A stretch of DNA of 63,969 nt, the filler included, from Perkinsus chesapeaki ATCC PRA-425 (lineage: Eukaryota > Protista > Perkinsozoa), in NCBI GenBank assembly GCA_013115145.1. It is 11 parts of 11 records of this genome, joined end to end, with 100 filler letters (N's around TTAATTAATTAA, not from the genome) between each part and the next. Parts side by side here need not be neighbours in the genome. Positions count along the whole stretch, not along the records: positions 27,864 to 38,810 come from JAAPAO010000867.1; positions 38,911 to 42,418 come from JAAPAO010001398.1; positions 42,519 to 44,236 come from JAAPAO010001813.1; positions 44,337 to 49,393 come from JAAPAO010001200.1; 7 more parts are not named here. One strand, written 5' to 3'. The notes under the pieces were generated by a model. It was not told the origin of the DNA and did no database searches. It saw nothing but the letters and a program-made list of their open reading frames with translations. The translations under genes and the position numbers were made by a program. Shown piece after piece: positions 33,845-45,194 of this stretch (within the stretch, counting starts at the first letter, position 1; each line of letters starts with the position of its first letter).

Positions 33845-36800
33845 TTGGATTTGTTTCTTAAATCAACTCAAGTTCATCTCGAGTGCCCTCGTCGCAGCCA
33901 GTCTCGTCTGCGGCCCAACGCGGCAAACGCACTGCTTCGAAATCACCAAACATAAAAGTGCTGAAGAAAGGTTAGCCCTCGTGGGCGGACGATGAATTTA
34001 TGGAGGAGATTCTCCTCCGTTGGGCAATTTGTTGGGTTCTCACAACAGGTTGCCGCAACCTGCTGTGAGAGGTTCCCCGGTATCCTACGGAATTCACAGC
34101 ATACACAGGCACAGTCCGTCCCGGAGTGGAACGGGGCTGTGAACGGTAATTATGCGACGTATGTAAGTATTTCTCCGTGAGACAAGTCACGGCGTGTGAC
34201 AGTTGGCAAGTGACATATCCCCTCCGCGACTATCGGACCGTCTACCTTTGGCCAACGTTGGTCTTCTGACGGCCATTGCATGCCATCATAGCATTCCCAT
34301 GCTCTGGGCGAGTCATTGACTTGCAGTCTGTGATTCGCCCCTGTGATCGCGGTCCGCGATCTCAATCACAGTTTTCCGCGATTCGCGGAAAACTCCCGGG
34401 AGTCAAGATAGCTACGAAATGCATAAAAAAGCTCATATGCGATATCTAGGTTAGAAAATCTGGTTTCTCCATAGGTTTCTGGTAAAAAAAATAACATTTT
34501 CTGCTAGAAAACGCGGGTAAGGTCACAGGTGAATGTTCTCCAGTCTATTTGGTTAGCGAACAACCAATATTTGACAAGATCTTCGTGTCCCTACTTTTAC
34601 ATTATTCTCATTCTCGTTATAATCGTCAATGGAAGTTAGCTGCGTATGCGGCTTTAAAAACCGGGCTTTTGGTGGTTAAAAACTTACTTTTATTGACCAT
34701 TGCAACGCGTGAAGTATCACATTTGTGCGTCTAGACCGTCATTCTCGCCGTGCTGCAGGATAATGACAGTGATGAGCTGCGCCTACCGGCTCGAATGTTA
34801 CGCTGCGTCTTTTGCGCTAAACGAGCAGTTTACGTTATTTGGATTCGGTTTCCAATTAATGGGCTGGCCTGGAGGTGCATCTGCTGTTTTGCACCGCTTG
34901 CAGGATTATGTCCAGAATCAGGCAGACCTGCAAAATGAAAACCGGTTGAGTTGTTAAATATCATCGTTATCTCATAGGCCGTCGGATTGGGCTCGAGTTT
35001 TGTCAAGTAGTATTTGGGCGCGAGCAATATGTCCTTTCTGGAGCAGCACGCTTCCCACCAAATGCGTAACCTCCATCCAGTATTAGCGTTTGTGACATCA
35101 CATACTTGGTCGGCATAAGCGTAGCCTGATTGATTAAACCGATTTCCATCTGAAATGACTGATGTTCAAAAATCATAAGACACAGAAATTCACTACAAAT
35201 ACTCTTTTATTCGTGAACAGACAGACTGGTCAGCATCCTAGATGTGATTTCGAGCGTCCCCCCTTCGAGACCCTCTTCAATCGTATCAGCCGCAGGAAAT
35301 ATGGCATAAACGTCTTCGCGTGCTGCGCTAACGGAGCAACAACCGCTAGATCCGTTATTCCCGTCACAGAGCACTCCTCTACATTTTGGTTGTTCGGCAC
35401 CACATCTGGAGTATGGAAAGGTTTTGCATGTTCTGGTCGAGACTGTCACGGTCTGACCACGGGAAGGGATACGCTGGAGACTGCCAAGTGAAACCACGGT
35501 GATTTAACCGCCATTACTCAGTTAACCTTAGCCACCGCCATAAGTTATACTGACTGAATTACTGGAATTTCCCGGGAAAACGTTCCCTCGAGTTGATCGA
35601 GGCATGCGCGCAACATGTCGAACAAGAGGCAGAGCTTGAAGCAATAAGTGCAGTTATATACATCTCAAAGTGTGCAGCGTTGTTGGTAAAAATCTGATGG
35701 TAACAGTAGTACCTCAGCCAACATACCCGCTAAAGTGAAGCCTCATATGGAACACCACTGAGAGGGATAGTACCCTAGTGGAGTCTCTGTCGAGTTTTCT
35801 GAGATTCGCGGAATCTGCAATATATCAATAAACGGAAAGAAACTCGAAATCCTTCCTACGTAGGATCAATTGATCGATATGCTTCCGGGAGTCGTTCTCT
35901 GTAAAACACGGTTGACATGATGTCAAAAGGCTATTTCGCTTTCATATCAACTATAACTTTCATCCTCTTTATCAGACTCGGGGTTAGATGTCGCTAAGTC
36001 TTCGTCGAATACCACACCGCGTCTCCCGTGTGATAGCGAAGCCGCTACATCAAGATCAGTATCGCGGTAACATGCGAGAGGACTGCTATCATAGCAGCCA
36101 GAAGCGGTGACACCGCTGCGGTGTGGTAACCGACGTTACCTTATCATGTCCTGTGCTCGAAATCCACGTTTTACCATGTTTCCGCAAACTGTGTACTTGT
36201 GGAATCTATAACCCGACCGCATGAGAGATTGTGCTCACAGGACTGCAGTCAACGGAAGTTGCTATCGTGAGGATCTATTGCGATTAACCGTAACCTACGT
36301 GAAGTGACAACGCATTCAGACTCCTGAATCAGCACTATGTTTGTTTCTTGTCTGGGATTATTGCTCTAATAATAATGTGCCACAGTGCCACTGTGACAGT
36401 GTACGCAAGCGCTTCTAGTGCCTTTTCATCCCCGCATCAGATGGTTCCCGTCCGCACTGAGTTGGCGGTTGCCATAAACATTACAATAATCGCCCTGTTC
36501 TAGCTCTCCTAATGAATGGTGCTCTTTGATAGCAGATCACTATCTGTTAATTGACTCACAACTACGACCTCTGGTATTTCACTGAAACGAAAAGTAACGT
36601 CAGTTTCCTCCACCGCCGATGACGACCTTTCCCGTGTGCCAAGGAAGCATCTCGGCAGCGACTGCCAGGGGATTAACAAACAACGCCTGAATGATAGTGC
36701 AGTAAAGCCATATACATTTCTAGCGACTCAAGAAAGCCTATGAGGCAAGAAATCCTATGGAAATTGCTTAGATCAACATAGTCGTTGGGCTCCTTCATCT

Positions 36801-38698
36801 ACCTTAGACAGGAAACAAGGTGTTATTGCGTTGTGTCTAATAAATTAAATTTACCTGCTCATATAATATGAGTCATATTATGTATACCGTATTCGGCACA
36901 GGAATTAATAGGGAGTTTTTTTCTCAAGACTGCCTGACGTGCCTCACCTGCTGTTCCTCTTCGGTTAAGTTTTTGGGCAGAGCAGTTAAAGCTACTTCCT
37001 GCCTCGCTAACGTCGGTGCGCTGGAGAGAAGAGAGCTCTCGTCGATGTCTTGGAATTTCGCCTGAGTCGAATTTGCAGCGACAAATCGCTAGCAGATCTT
37101 ACATGGGCAAACTTCAGGAACGGATCTTTTCCATCGACCAGCACAAGCGCCCTAGGAATTCCAATGAGGATCATATACATTTTACTGGCTTACTTCCGCT
37201 TTTTAGTTATTGCCAAAGCGTGTTCGACCAACTCCACGAAGAGCGGCTTCGCCTGCGGTTGGGAAGGGTCGGATATGAACGGCATCGACAAGATCAGCTG
37301 ACCAGAGGGCAGAATCCCCGAAATGCGAACGCCTAAAAGCGAGTCATATGCCAAAGCGAAAAGTTAAAATCACCTGCTGCTAAATCTCCATTTTGTATTA
37401 ATAAATCCTTCGAGTAGTGGCAAGGCTCGTCACCCAGGGCTACCCGGAAGTCAAGGCCGTCCACGGTTACATACCTGAACCATGGGAGATCCCGAACAGT
37501 TGCTGGAAGGTAGAGAACTAGGTTATTATATCAGAATATTAGTTCTGATGTCGCCGGACAAACGGAAAGTAATTTGAATTGAGTAAATGCAGCACGCAAG
37601 GCATTTCGGGCTTCACAATGCAGCGATTTGTTAGCTAAAATGCTCAATCTCACATCGTTAGGATTCGCGTTGCCAGGATTTCTCCGACCGTATGTCTTTG
37701 TAGGCACGTTTTACGCTCGGGAGAACTCACCTCACAGGGTTCCCTGTTGTGATTGACAGATCGTTTTCGGCAACCCGAGAAGATAACCTCGGCGACCATT
37801 TCCTTACGCTTAGGGAGAATACATCAGAAATTAACCTGAGAGTGGGATCTTAGCTCGGAGCGTGCAAGCTATGGAATAGGTCGCCAAAGTGTGCATACCT
37901 TGAGTCGCCTATTTCCAGTGAAGGAGGAAAACCCATTGTGTCGTGGTGCACCATGAGGAGGACCCCTGCAGATGAATATTAATTTCGTACATAGATTTAT
38001 CCGGGAATTTATTCGCAATAGCTGCAGTATAGCACACGAAGTGTTACCCGAGGTACCATGGAGGTTGGCCTTCTTGTCCCAATCTTCCAACTCGACGAAT
38101 AAAAACAAGAAATTTGGAACACAATCGTTTAATAAATCATTTTAAAAAATGAGCAAGAAAAGATTTTTTCTCATTTCCGCGAGCGACAAAAAAGAGCTGC
38201 GCAGCCAGCCCAAACCTGTCAGTGGCAAGTTGTGAAATGAATGGTTTCAAATCACTACTAGAGAAATCAATGTATTAGTCTGCTAATACTGATTAGCCCT
38301 GGTGAAGTGCAGGCAGGGATATTACTTCACTCAAACAGGACAAAATGACGAAATGATCGCCCCAGGTCTCACCCTTTTCCTGCTTTTGTAACCATCGTAC
38401 ACCTAAGAGCTCTCCCAACCAGCGCGCCTAAAATTCACTTCACGAAGGAATTTGCAGCACCCTCACTTGAGGCGCGTGAAATTCTCTATTGAAAGGATCG
38501 TTGCTTCGATAGAAGAGAACTGTGAAACATGGCACAGTGGATGCAATCGAATCTGACTTAGAGATGCTCGGAGCCACACAGCCTGTCTGGCTGAGACAGG
38601 GATGAGATGTACCATTTTGGAGGGGCAATGTTAGCGTCGTCTGCAGTGTGGCGATGATAGCTTTATCTTCTCCACCTAAAAAATGTATGCGTTCGTAC

Positions 38699-38810
38699 GG
38701 GAATATGTTACTTGAGAATCACTAGTAGTGATACGGAGGAGGAGATATAATAGAAAGGAGTTTGACAGGAAATATGTTACTAGTGATACGGAGGAGGAGA
38801 TATAATAGAA
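38699..38810 (+). repeat. 55-bp minisatellite running into gap (same family as 61459-61641, opposite strand)
   Basis: Unit TAGTGATACGGAGGAGGAGATATAATAGAAAGGAGTTTGACAGGAAATATGTTAC. Confidence 0.9.
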
Positions 38811-38910
38811 NNNNNNNNNNNNNNNNNNNNNNNNNNNNNNNNNNNNNNNNNNNNTTAATTAATTAANNNNNNNNNNNNNNNNNNNNNNNNNNNNNNNNNN
38901 NNNNNNNNNN
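38811..38910. other. Assembly spacer
   Basis: N44-TTAATTAATTAA-N44. Confidence 0.98.
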
Positions 38911-38951
38911 TATATCAACCTTTTTCCCGTCAACTCAACTCTTTGGTTCAT

Positions 38952-41900
38952 ATGTCCATCGCCGGAGACCTTAGTCCAACTTATGGTGCCTCATACGAGA
39001 AACGTTTCTTCTATCTTGAAGAAACCATGCAACAAGCTCAATGCAGCAGCAACTCCGTGGCCGATTTCCTCGAGGAGAGATCCCTACGTAAACTTACTGA
39101 TCCTGCTGCCTTGGTCACAACTTTGCTCGGCTTTGGTCGTTTCACTCTCTACACGGAGGTTAAAGGCCTTTCCCTGTTATGTCCAAATGGTAAACAGGTC
39201 TACACTTTTGGCCACTTCGCCTCTCGTTGGGATCTTACCCGCCTACACAAAACTACTGACTGGACTGAGGGCGCCTGGCTAAAACTTCAGTCTTGCGCCT
39301 CTATGGCTCACCTTTCCGCCCCCATGTTCCTCATGTTGCTGGCCTACATCACACCACCCAGTGTTGCCCGAGTTATTCAAGAACAATGCATGAGGAAAAG
39401 AGCGGCGCTAGTTGTGTGGCGTGAGATTCCGAAATGGTTGGTTACCTGTGGCACAGTCCTTAAGGAGGTACAGAAGGAAATAACTGCTCCCTTCGAAGAT
39501 ATTGATCCTTCAACTGCTCTCCGCAAATGGTGTACTACACTTCCCAAGCCAAATCAGACTTGGGGTGAGTTTTTGGTTCATGAACAAGCACTGTGTGCAC
39601 AATTGGAACCTGCTATAGCATGGACAGTCAGGCGAGACAAACTACTGAAATGTCTCACCGACTGTTTCCCGTACTTCAGGGACAATGAGTTGTCCCGTGA
39701 ACGACATCTCCCTCATCTACGTAAATCTCCTGGGATATTGGACTTCTTGGGTGATCTACAGAAGATAGCCGACAGCCACGCCCCTCTGGCCTTAGATGAT
39801 GTACTCGGTGTCGCTGTTGAACCAGCGTGGAGTCGTAAGAATAAGAGCCTGAAAGGGAAGGGGTATGCTAGTGGCCAAAGCAATATCCACCAAGAGAGTC
39901 TCACCGATAACAAGAAGCCCAAATCTGATACTCCCATAGATCGTTCTGAAGGAAAACTTCCTGCGCCAAAACAAGGGAAACCTGCAAAGAAGTCTCAGGG
40001 TTGCCACAAGTGTGGTGATTTGACTCACTGGAAGCGAGATTGTCCTCTCCTGGTCACCAAAGCTGAAGTGAAGAGCGAAGCAGCCACACCTGATGCAAAA
40101 CCGGATAAGCAGACTAGAAGCGGGAGAACCTACCTTGTAAATGATGGCGGCGATCTTACTCTGGGCAGCGTCTACGTCCTGAACAGCGACTCTAACTCTG
40201 ATGGAGTTCTTCTCAAGGCTGGTCTCGACACATGCTCTACTATTAACCTGGTCTCTTCTTCAGTCCTTCCGAACCTCCGCTTCACTGTTACCAAGTTAGA
40301 TGACGCACTAACTGTCGATTCTATTGGTGGACAAACTGTCTTGAAGCGCATGGCAGAAGTTCGGATCCTAACAAAAGAAGGAGTTGTTACGGCCAATTTT
40401 TTCGTTATTCATGCCAAGGCCTTACCTGCAGGGTTAGACCTTCTTGTAGGTAAAGACACACTTCACCGCCTGGGCTACCGTCTGGTTAACGCCAATGTTG
40501 AAGAACCTGCAGAGGAATTGCAACCTCCTGTTACAGCTTGCGACCGAGACGAGGATCCTACTTCGTGGGTACGTCCACCTTTGTCAGCGGTTCTCAAGAG
40601 GTTCACATCGCCAACCCCGACAGCAAAGCCGGTCTTCGACGATACGCTAGAGGATATGGTTGCCCGTGGCCGTGACTTTATGCTTCAAGAACTTGGTGTT
40701 TGGCGTGTGGTGTATGGCAATAAGAACTATCGGTGTCGTGTACGACCTCTGGAAGATGGTGAACAACCTGAAAAAGACTGCAAAACCCAGACGCATGTTT
40801 TCGAGTTTGATTGGCTGGACTTACCGGCTGATGAGAAGCATGCGAAAGCCTCCCGCAACCCTGATTTCTCTACCGGCCTCCTAAAACGTCTTGGAGACGA
40901 GTCTCGGAAGAGTTTTGAAGCCGAGATAGAGAAGTACTTGGATAGGGGTTGGTGGCGTCCACAGGCTGAGCATCACGACGTTGACACTGAGGAGAAAATA
41001 ACCGTGTTCCCGGTAGAGCAACCCACCCACCTGTCACATCCAGTGAGGCCCTGTGCTGACTGCAGGCGACGCAATCTGGCACTACCCCGTGCGTCATACC
41101 ATGGTCTCTCACTCGGTGAATGTGCTTCAGTATTGATGGCAAGCTCTCCAAAATATCTGCGATTCAAGGATATCTCTAAGGCCTTTTACCGCCTTCATCT
41201 ACCTTCATGGAGGAGCGTGGGGCTCCAAACGGGAGGCCGCAAGTTCTCCTCGCGGAGAGTGGTTTTTGGCTTGCGCTTTGGGCCTCTCGCTCTGGAGAAC
41301 TTCACCATACACCTCGTGAGATCGGTGATGATGGCACTCACCGGGGTCCCTCCTCCGAGATTGGTACCTGAGGAATTATGCTCCCACGTGGAAGGATTGG
41401 TCTTACTTGCATACTATGATGACTTTGCCATCGCTAGCAACGACTTGAAATTGGTGGAATTGGTGGGCCTACTTCTCGATCGTATTGGTGCGGTCTTTGG
41501 AATGGTCTTTCCAGCTGAGAAGGCTGCGGTCGTTACCCGGGAACCCAGCCGACATCTTGGTTTGGATTGGTGGTATCAAGATGGCATACTGCACGCAGCA
41601 TGCCCTATCCTATCTGAAGAAGAATGGAAGACGGAAGTGGACAACGTTTTCAACAAGCCTGGCCGACTCACTAAGAGGTCACTCTTCCGGCTGTGTGGAC
41701 TCCTTCTTGATCCCTTGGGCTTGCACCCCGAGCGAGAACTCATCCTAAATAAGATACGGTCTTGGGCAGGCTCTTATGGAAGCGCTGTTGACCTACCTTC
41801 TTGGGATAGACTTCTACCGGCGACCCAACAGGATAAGGAAGTTCTCCTGAGTCTCTTCGCTCAGGTCCGCCAGTTGTCTTCGCCATGCAGTCATAGATCC

Positions 41901-42418
41901 TGGGGAGGAGGCCGAGTACTACATGCTTTATCTGATGCTTCTGAAGCCGGTTTTGGGTGGACGATCTCAACCGAGGAGGGAGCCTTAGTTGCAGAGAAAT
42001 GCCGAGCTTTTCCAGAAGGTCTACGTTGGCATTGTAACCGAAAAGAGATGTTCTCTGTGGTGGATCTACTGAAGAAGGTCGTCCGGCTAGTAGAGTTGGG
42101 CCTGAAGATCGACACTATAACTCTCAGCTCCGACAATGGTTCTACGGTGGCTTGGTGCAACGACAACGTCACAAAGGTCAAAGGCTTTGACAAGATTGCT
42201 CTTGGCAGGCTGCTCAACCAGTATAGAGAAGCTGAGGAGATTTTGCAGACTCGTAATATCTCTTTACGTGTATTACATATAAAGGGAGCACTAAATGTGC
42301 GGGCTGACGCTCTATCTCGCTATAGCTCTTCAGTTATCCTACCCACTTCCTTATGCCTCGTGCCCGAGAAGCCGAAGGTCTTCCTCATTAATGGACAAGG
42401 ACTGAGGGAACATGTCGA
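38952..42418 (+). mobile_element. LTR-type retrotransposon gag-pol ORF (BEL/Pao-like RT), uninterrupted, 3'-truncated by gap
   Basis: Single open frame of more than 1150 aa: knuckle CHKCGDLTHWKRDC, protease GLDTCS..LLVGKDTL, RT (FKDISKAFY, VFGLRFGP, AYYDD, LLDPLG) and RNase H (LSDAS, RKEM, SSDN, HIKGALNVRADALSR). An integrase would lie beyond the gap. Confidence 0.85.
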
Positions 42419-42518
42419 NNNNNNNNNNNNNNNNNNNNNNNNNNNNNNNNNNNNNNNNNNNNTTAATTAATTAANNNNNNNNNNNNNNNNNNNNNNNNNN
42501 NNNNNNNNNNNNNNNNNN
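42419..42518. other. Assembly spacer
   Basis: N44-TTAATTAATTAA-N44. Confidence 0.98.
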
Positions 42519-44236
42519 TCATCTGGAGGGTAGCGCGGCAGCTCTGTAGGCAGCTCCTCTGCGAACCCATCCTGGATTAACTGGTTGACTTGTGTCCGAA
42601 ACATCTGAAGTTTGTCTGGTGATGATTCGAGTCGCTGTTGCAGCGCTCGGTCTCTATGCCACGCTTGGGCGAATGACCTTAACGGTCGATTGTGATCTTT
42701 CCAGGGAATTCGGACCTGGATCCTCCCTCTGGGTGCCGTCTCATCTGGCGGCCCAATGAAGACCTGTAGAGGTGTAGCTGGGGGGATTTCTCTCCTACGG
42801 AGCTGCTTTGTGTTCCCTGGGGTGTTATCGTCGGGGTTGGAATTATCGTCATAAATGTCGTCATATGGTGAATTCTCATCATAATTCCGTATGCCTGATA
42901 ACTCATCTACTAAACTCTGAGGAGGGGCCGTTGTGATAGAGTTCATTAGTGCATGGTAAGCGTGTATACCCGGGGCATACACTGCAGGTGAGGAGGGTAG
43001 AAGATTTTCATTATGTCCAACATAGAGTCTGTCCCCTTCTTGGGAGATGATCCACACCGCTCCTCGTTCTCGCAAAGTCTTCATGCTCAAAATAGCGGAG
43101 CATGGTTTGAGATTCTCTATGACACCCCACTCTACGGGCACGCCGGTGCCATCCTCCAAGTGGGAGTGCCTGGATACTGCTCTCCCGAGGAGGGTGGTGA
43201 CTCCTCCATTACCGAACTCGACTGGCATACCAGCGCAACTGGTGGTCAGCTCTTCGATGAACCCTGCTTGTCGGAGTTCATCATATTTTTGCCTGAGTAA
43301 GAAGGATTCGCTACTCCCAGAGTCTATCATGGCCCGAAGCCTGGTCTCTCCGGATTGCTGATTTCGGAGGATGAGAGTAATATAGCGAATGCCTGCCTGG
43401 TCGTTCGGTAAGGAGACAAATAGCGATTTCCCTGTTTCCTTTGCTACTTGATTTGAATCTTGCGTGTCATTTCCTTCCTGTTGGTCTTTGGGTGTCTGCT
43501 CAACAGATTTTGTGGGCGGGTTTCCTCTGGACCCTCTCAAGCAAATGCGAGCAAAATGTCCCGTTCCCGAACAAAGCCGACACCTTGCCATGGCAACGGA
43601 ACGATTGGGGCACCTAGATTTGGTAGGATCCCAGCCATGGATGTAATTATGTGCAAAACCGCATCCTCTACATCGGCCTTCAGCCTTCGCCGGCTTCTCT
43701 GCGCGGCATTCTTGCGTGGCGTGGCTATTAGTGTAACACCGTTGGCATTTATAGAGAAGGCATTCGTGTTTTGGCAGGGTATTCTGTCTATAGCTGTTCT
43801 GTCGGTCGTATGACTGTTGTTGAGCGGCGGTATAAATACCACCCGATTCTTGTGGGGAGCTGTCATGCTTAAGTGGTGATGTAGTAGAAGGAACGGCTGC
43901 AACGCCATGCCTGTCTTCGTACTCATCACCTCTGATCTGGAATTCTGTCCGCAGCTCCTGAATGGTCTGTGTGGCACCAGTCCTGGCGGCTGCTGAGGCC
44001 AGATACTGGCCGACCCAATCACTGTAAGGTTCAAATAGGCCGTTACGCCAGATGTTGATCTCATCGGAGTCTTCTACGAGGGCTCCTGAGTACTGTAGCT
44101 CCTTGCGAGCTGTCTGGACTCTACTGATGAAATCTCGACACGACTCTGCCGGATTCCTTTTCAATTCTCTCCAGCTGTTCTTAAGTTTGTCTCTCACAAC
44201 GGCATTGGAGAAATTATGCTCCAGAACCCTCCATAT
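42519..44236 (-). mobile_element. BEL/Pao-like gag-protease-preRT fragment, open across the whole contig
   Basis: Three Cys clusters (CQRCYTNSHATQEC, CRGCGFAH, CRLCSGTGHFARIC), protease AMIDSGSS, and GRIQVRIPWK..AWHRDRALQQRL..DKLQMFRTQVNQLIQDGFAEEL, which is the BEL/Pao pre-RT pattern. Confidence 0.8.
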
Positions 44237-44336
44237 NNNNNNNNNNNNNNNNNNNNNNNNNNNNNNNNNNNNNNNNNNNNTTAATTAATTAANNNNNNNN
44301 NNNNNNNNNNNNNNNNNNNNNNNNNNNNNNNNNNNN
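44237..44336. other. Assembly spacer
   Basis: N44-TTAATTAATTAA-N44. Confidence 0.98.
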
Positions 44337-44337
44337 A

Positions 44338-45144
44338 GCCCGGAGATGGTGTAGTCTATCAGATCAGGCCAGTGCTCGAAAAGAAAAAGGGACCGACGAA
44401 AGGAGCAATCCCACAGATGATGAGTTTTTCGCTCAGTTGGTTGAACAGCTAACAAAAACGTGCGGGACGGTTCCCCACGAGCTACTACCCCCAGTCAGAG
44501 TAGTGAAATTACTCCGGAAATGCTCCTCCACATTTGTCGACTTTAAGATCTTCAACGATGCTGCTGTCGAAGGCCCTAGAAAGAGGATTCGAACAACAGT
44601 AGGCGGTGAGCAAGTACTGTGCTACGATGATGAGGCGGATACCATACAATCTAATGGGAACCCGAGTGGGAATAAATTTGTAAAGTTGGGCCAATGGATG
44701 GCCTACTTTCCGAGATATATAACGGCCCTAGCTCTAGTCGACCAGAGTTGTAGAAACAATTTCCTCGCAATGCTAAGGTATCAGCAAGCTGTAGGACGAC
44801 TGGCCGCTCAAAGTGATTGGAAATTTGCAGCATCCGCCGACCAGCAGTACCGACATTCTCTAGCAAGTTTAATGGCACTTGGGACCCCGTTGTGGGAGTG
44901 CTTTGGCGTTGAGAAGAATTACGATGCCTTTTTTATGAGGGTTGCCTCCGAAGCAGTCTTAGCTTCCCTGCCTGACAGAGGAAAGAGAGAGAGCACAGGA
45001 GGTAGTAATAATAGGAAGAAAACCGAGGGAGGCGGAAAAGGACGAGGAAAGGGAAAAGGGCAGCATAACTCGGCAGCGCATCGCGGAGTGAATGATAAGG
45101 TAAATTCCCCGAGTACTCGTCAAGAGTCCCAAAACTCTAAATAA
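44338..45144 (+). CDS. gag-like ORF1 (5'-truncated)
   Basis: Open from the gap; W..AD..YR..G.PL..CF motif shared with copy A; basic/Gly-rich C-terminus. Confidence 0.75.
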   Translation, partial: ARRWCSLSDQASARKEKGTDERSNPTDDEFFAQLVEQLTKTCGTVPHELLPPVRVVKLLRKCSSTFVDFKIFNDAAVEGPRKRIRTTVGGEQVLCYDDEADTIQSNGNPSGNKFVKLGQWMAYFPRYITALALVDQSCRNNFLAMLRYQQAVGRLAAQSDWKFAASADQQYRHSLASLMALGTPLWECFGVEKNYDAFFMRVASEAVLASLPDRGKRESTGGSNNRKKTEGGGKGRGKGKGQHNSAAHRGVNDKVNSPSTRQESQNSK

Positions 45145-45194
45145 GATGACGTAAGCAACAGAGCCATCCCGGGCGTAGAAGCAGCTATTCTAAT

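Noticed and set aside
34500-38700. Short ORFs suggesting one or more host genes (for example 37016-37336)
   Set aside because: No recognisable domain or consistent splice pattern could be built by eye, so it was left unannotated.
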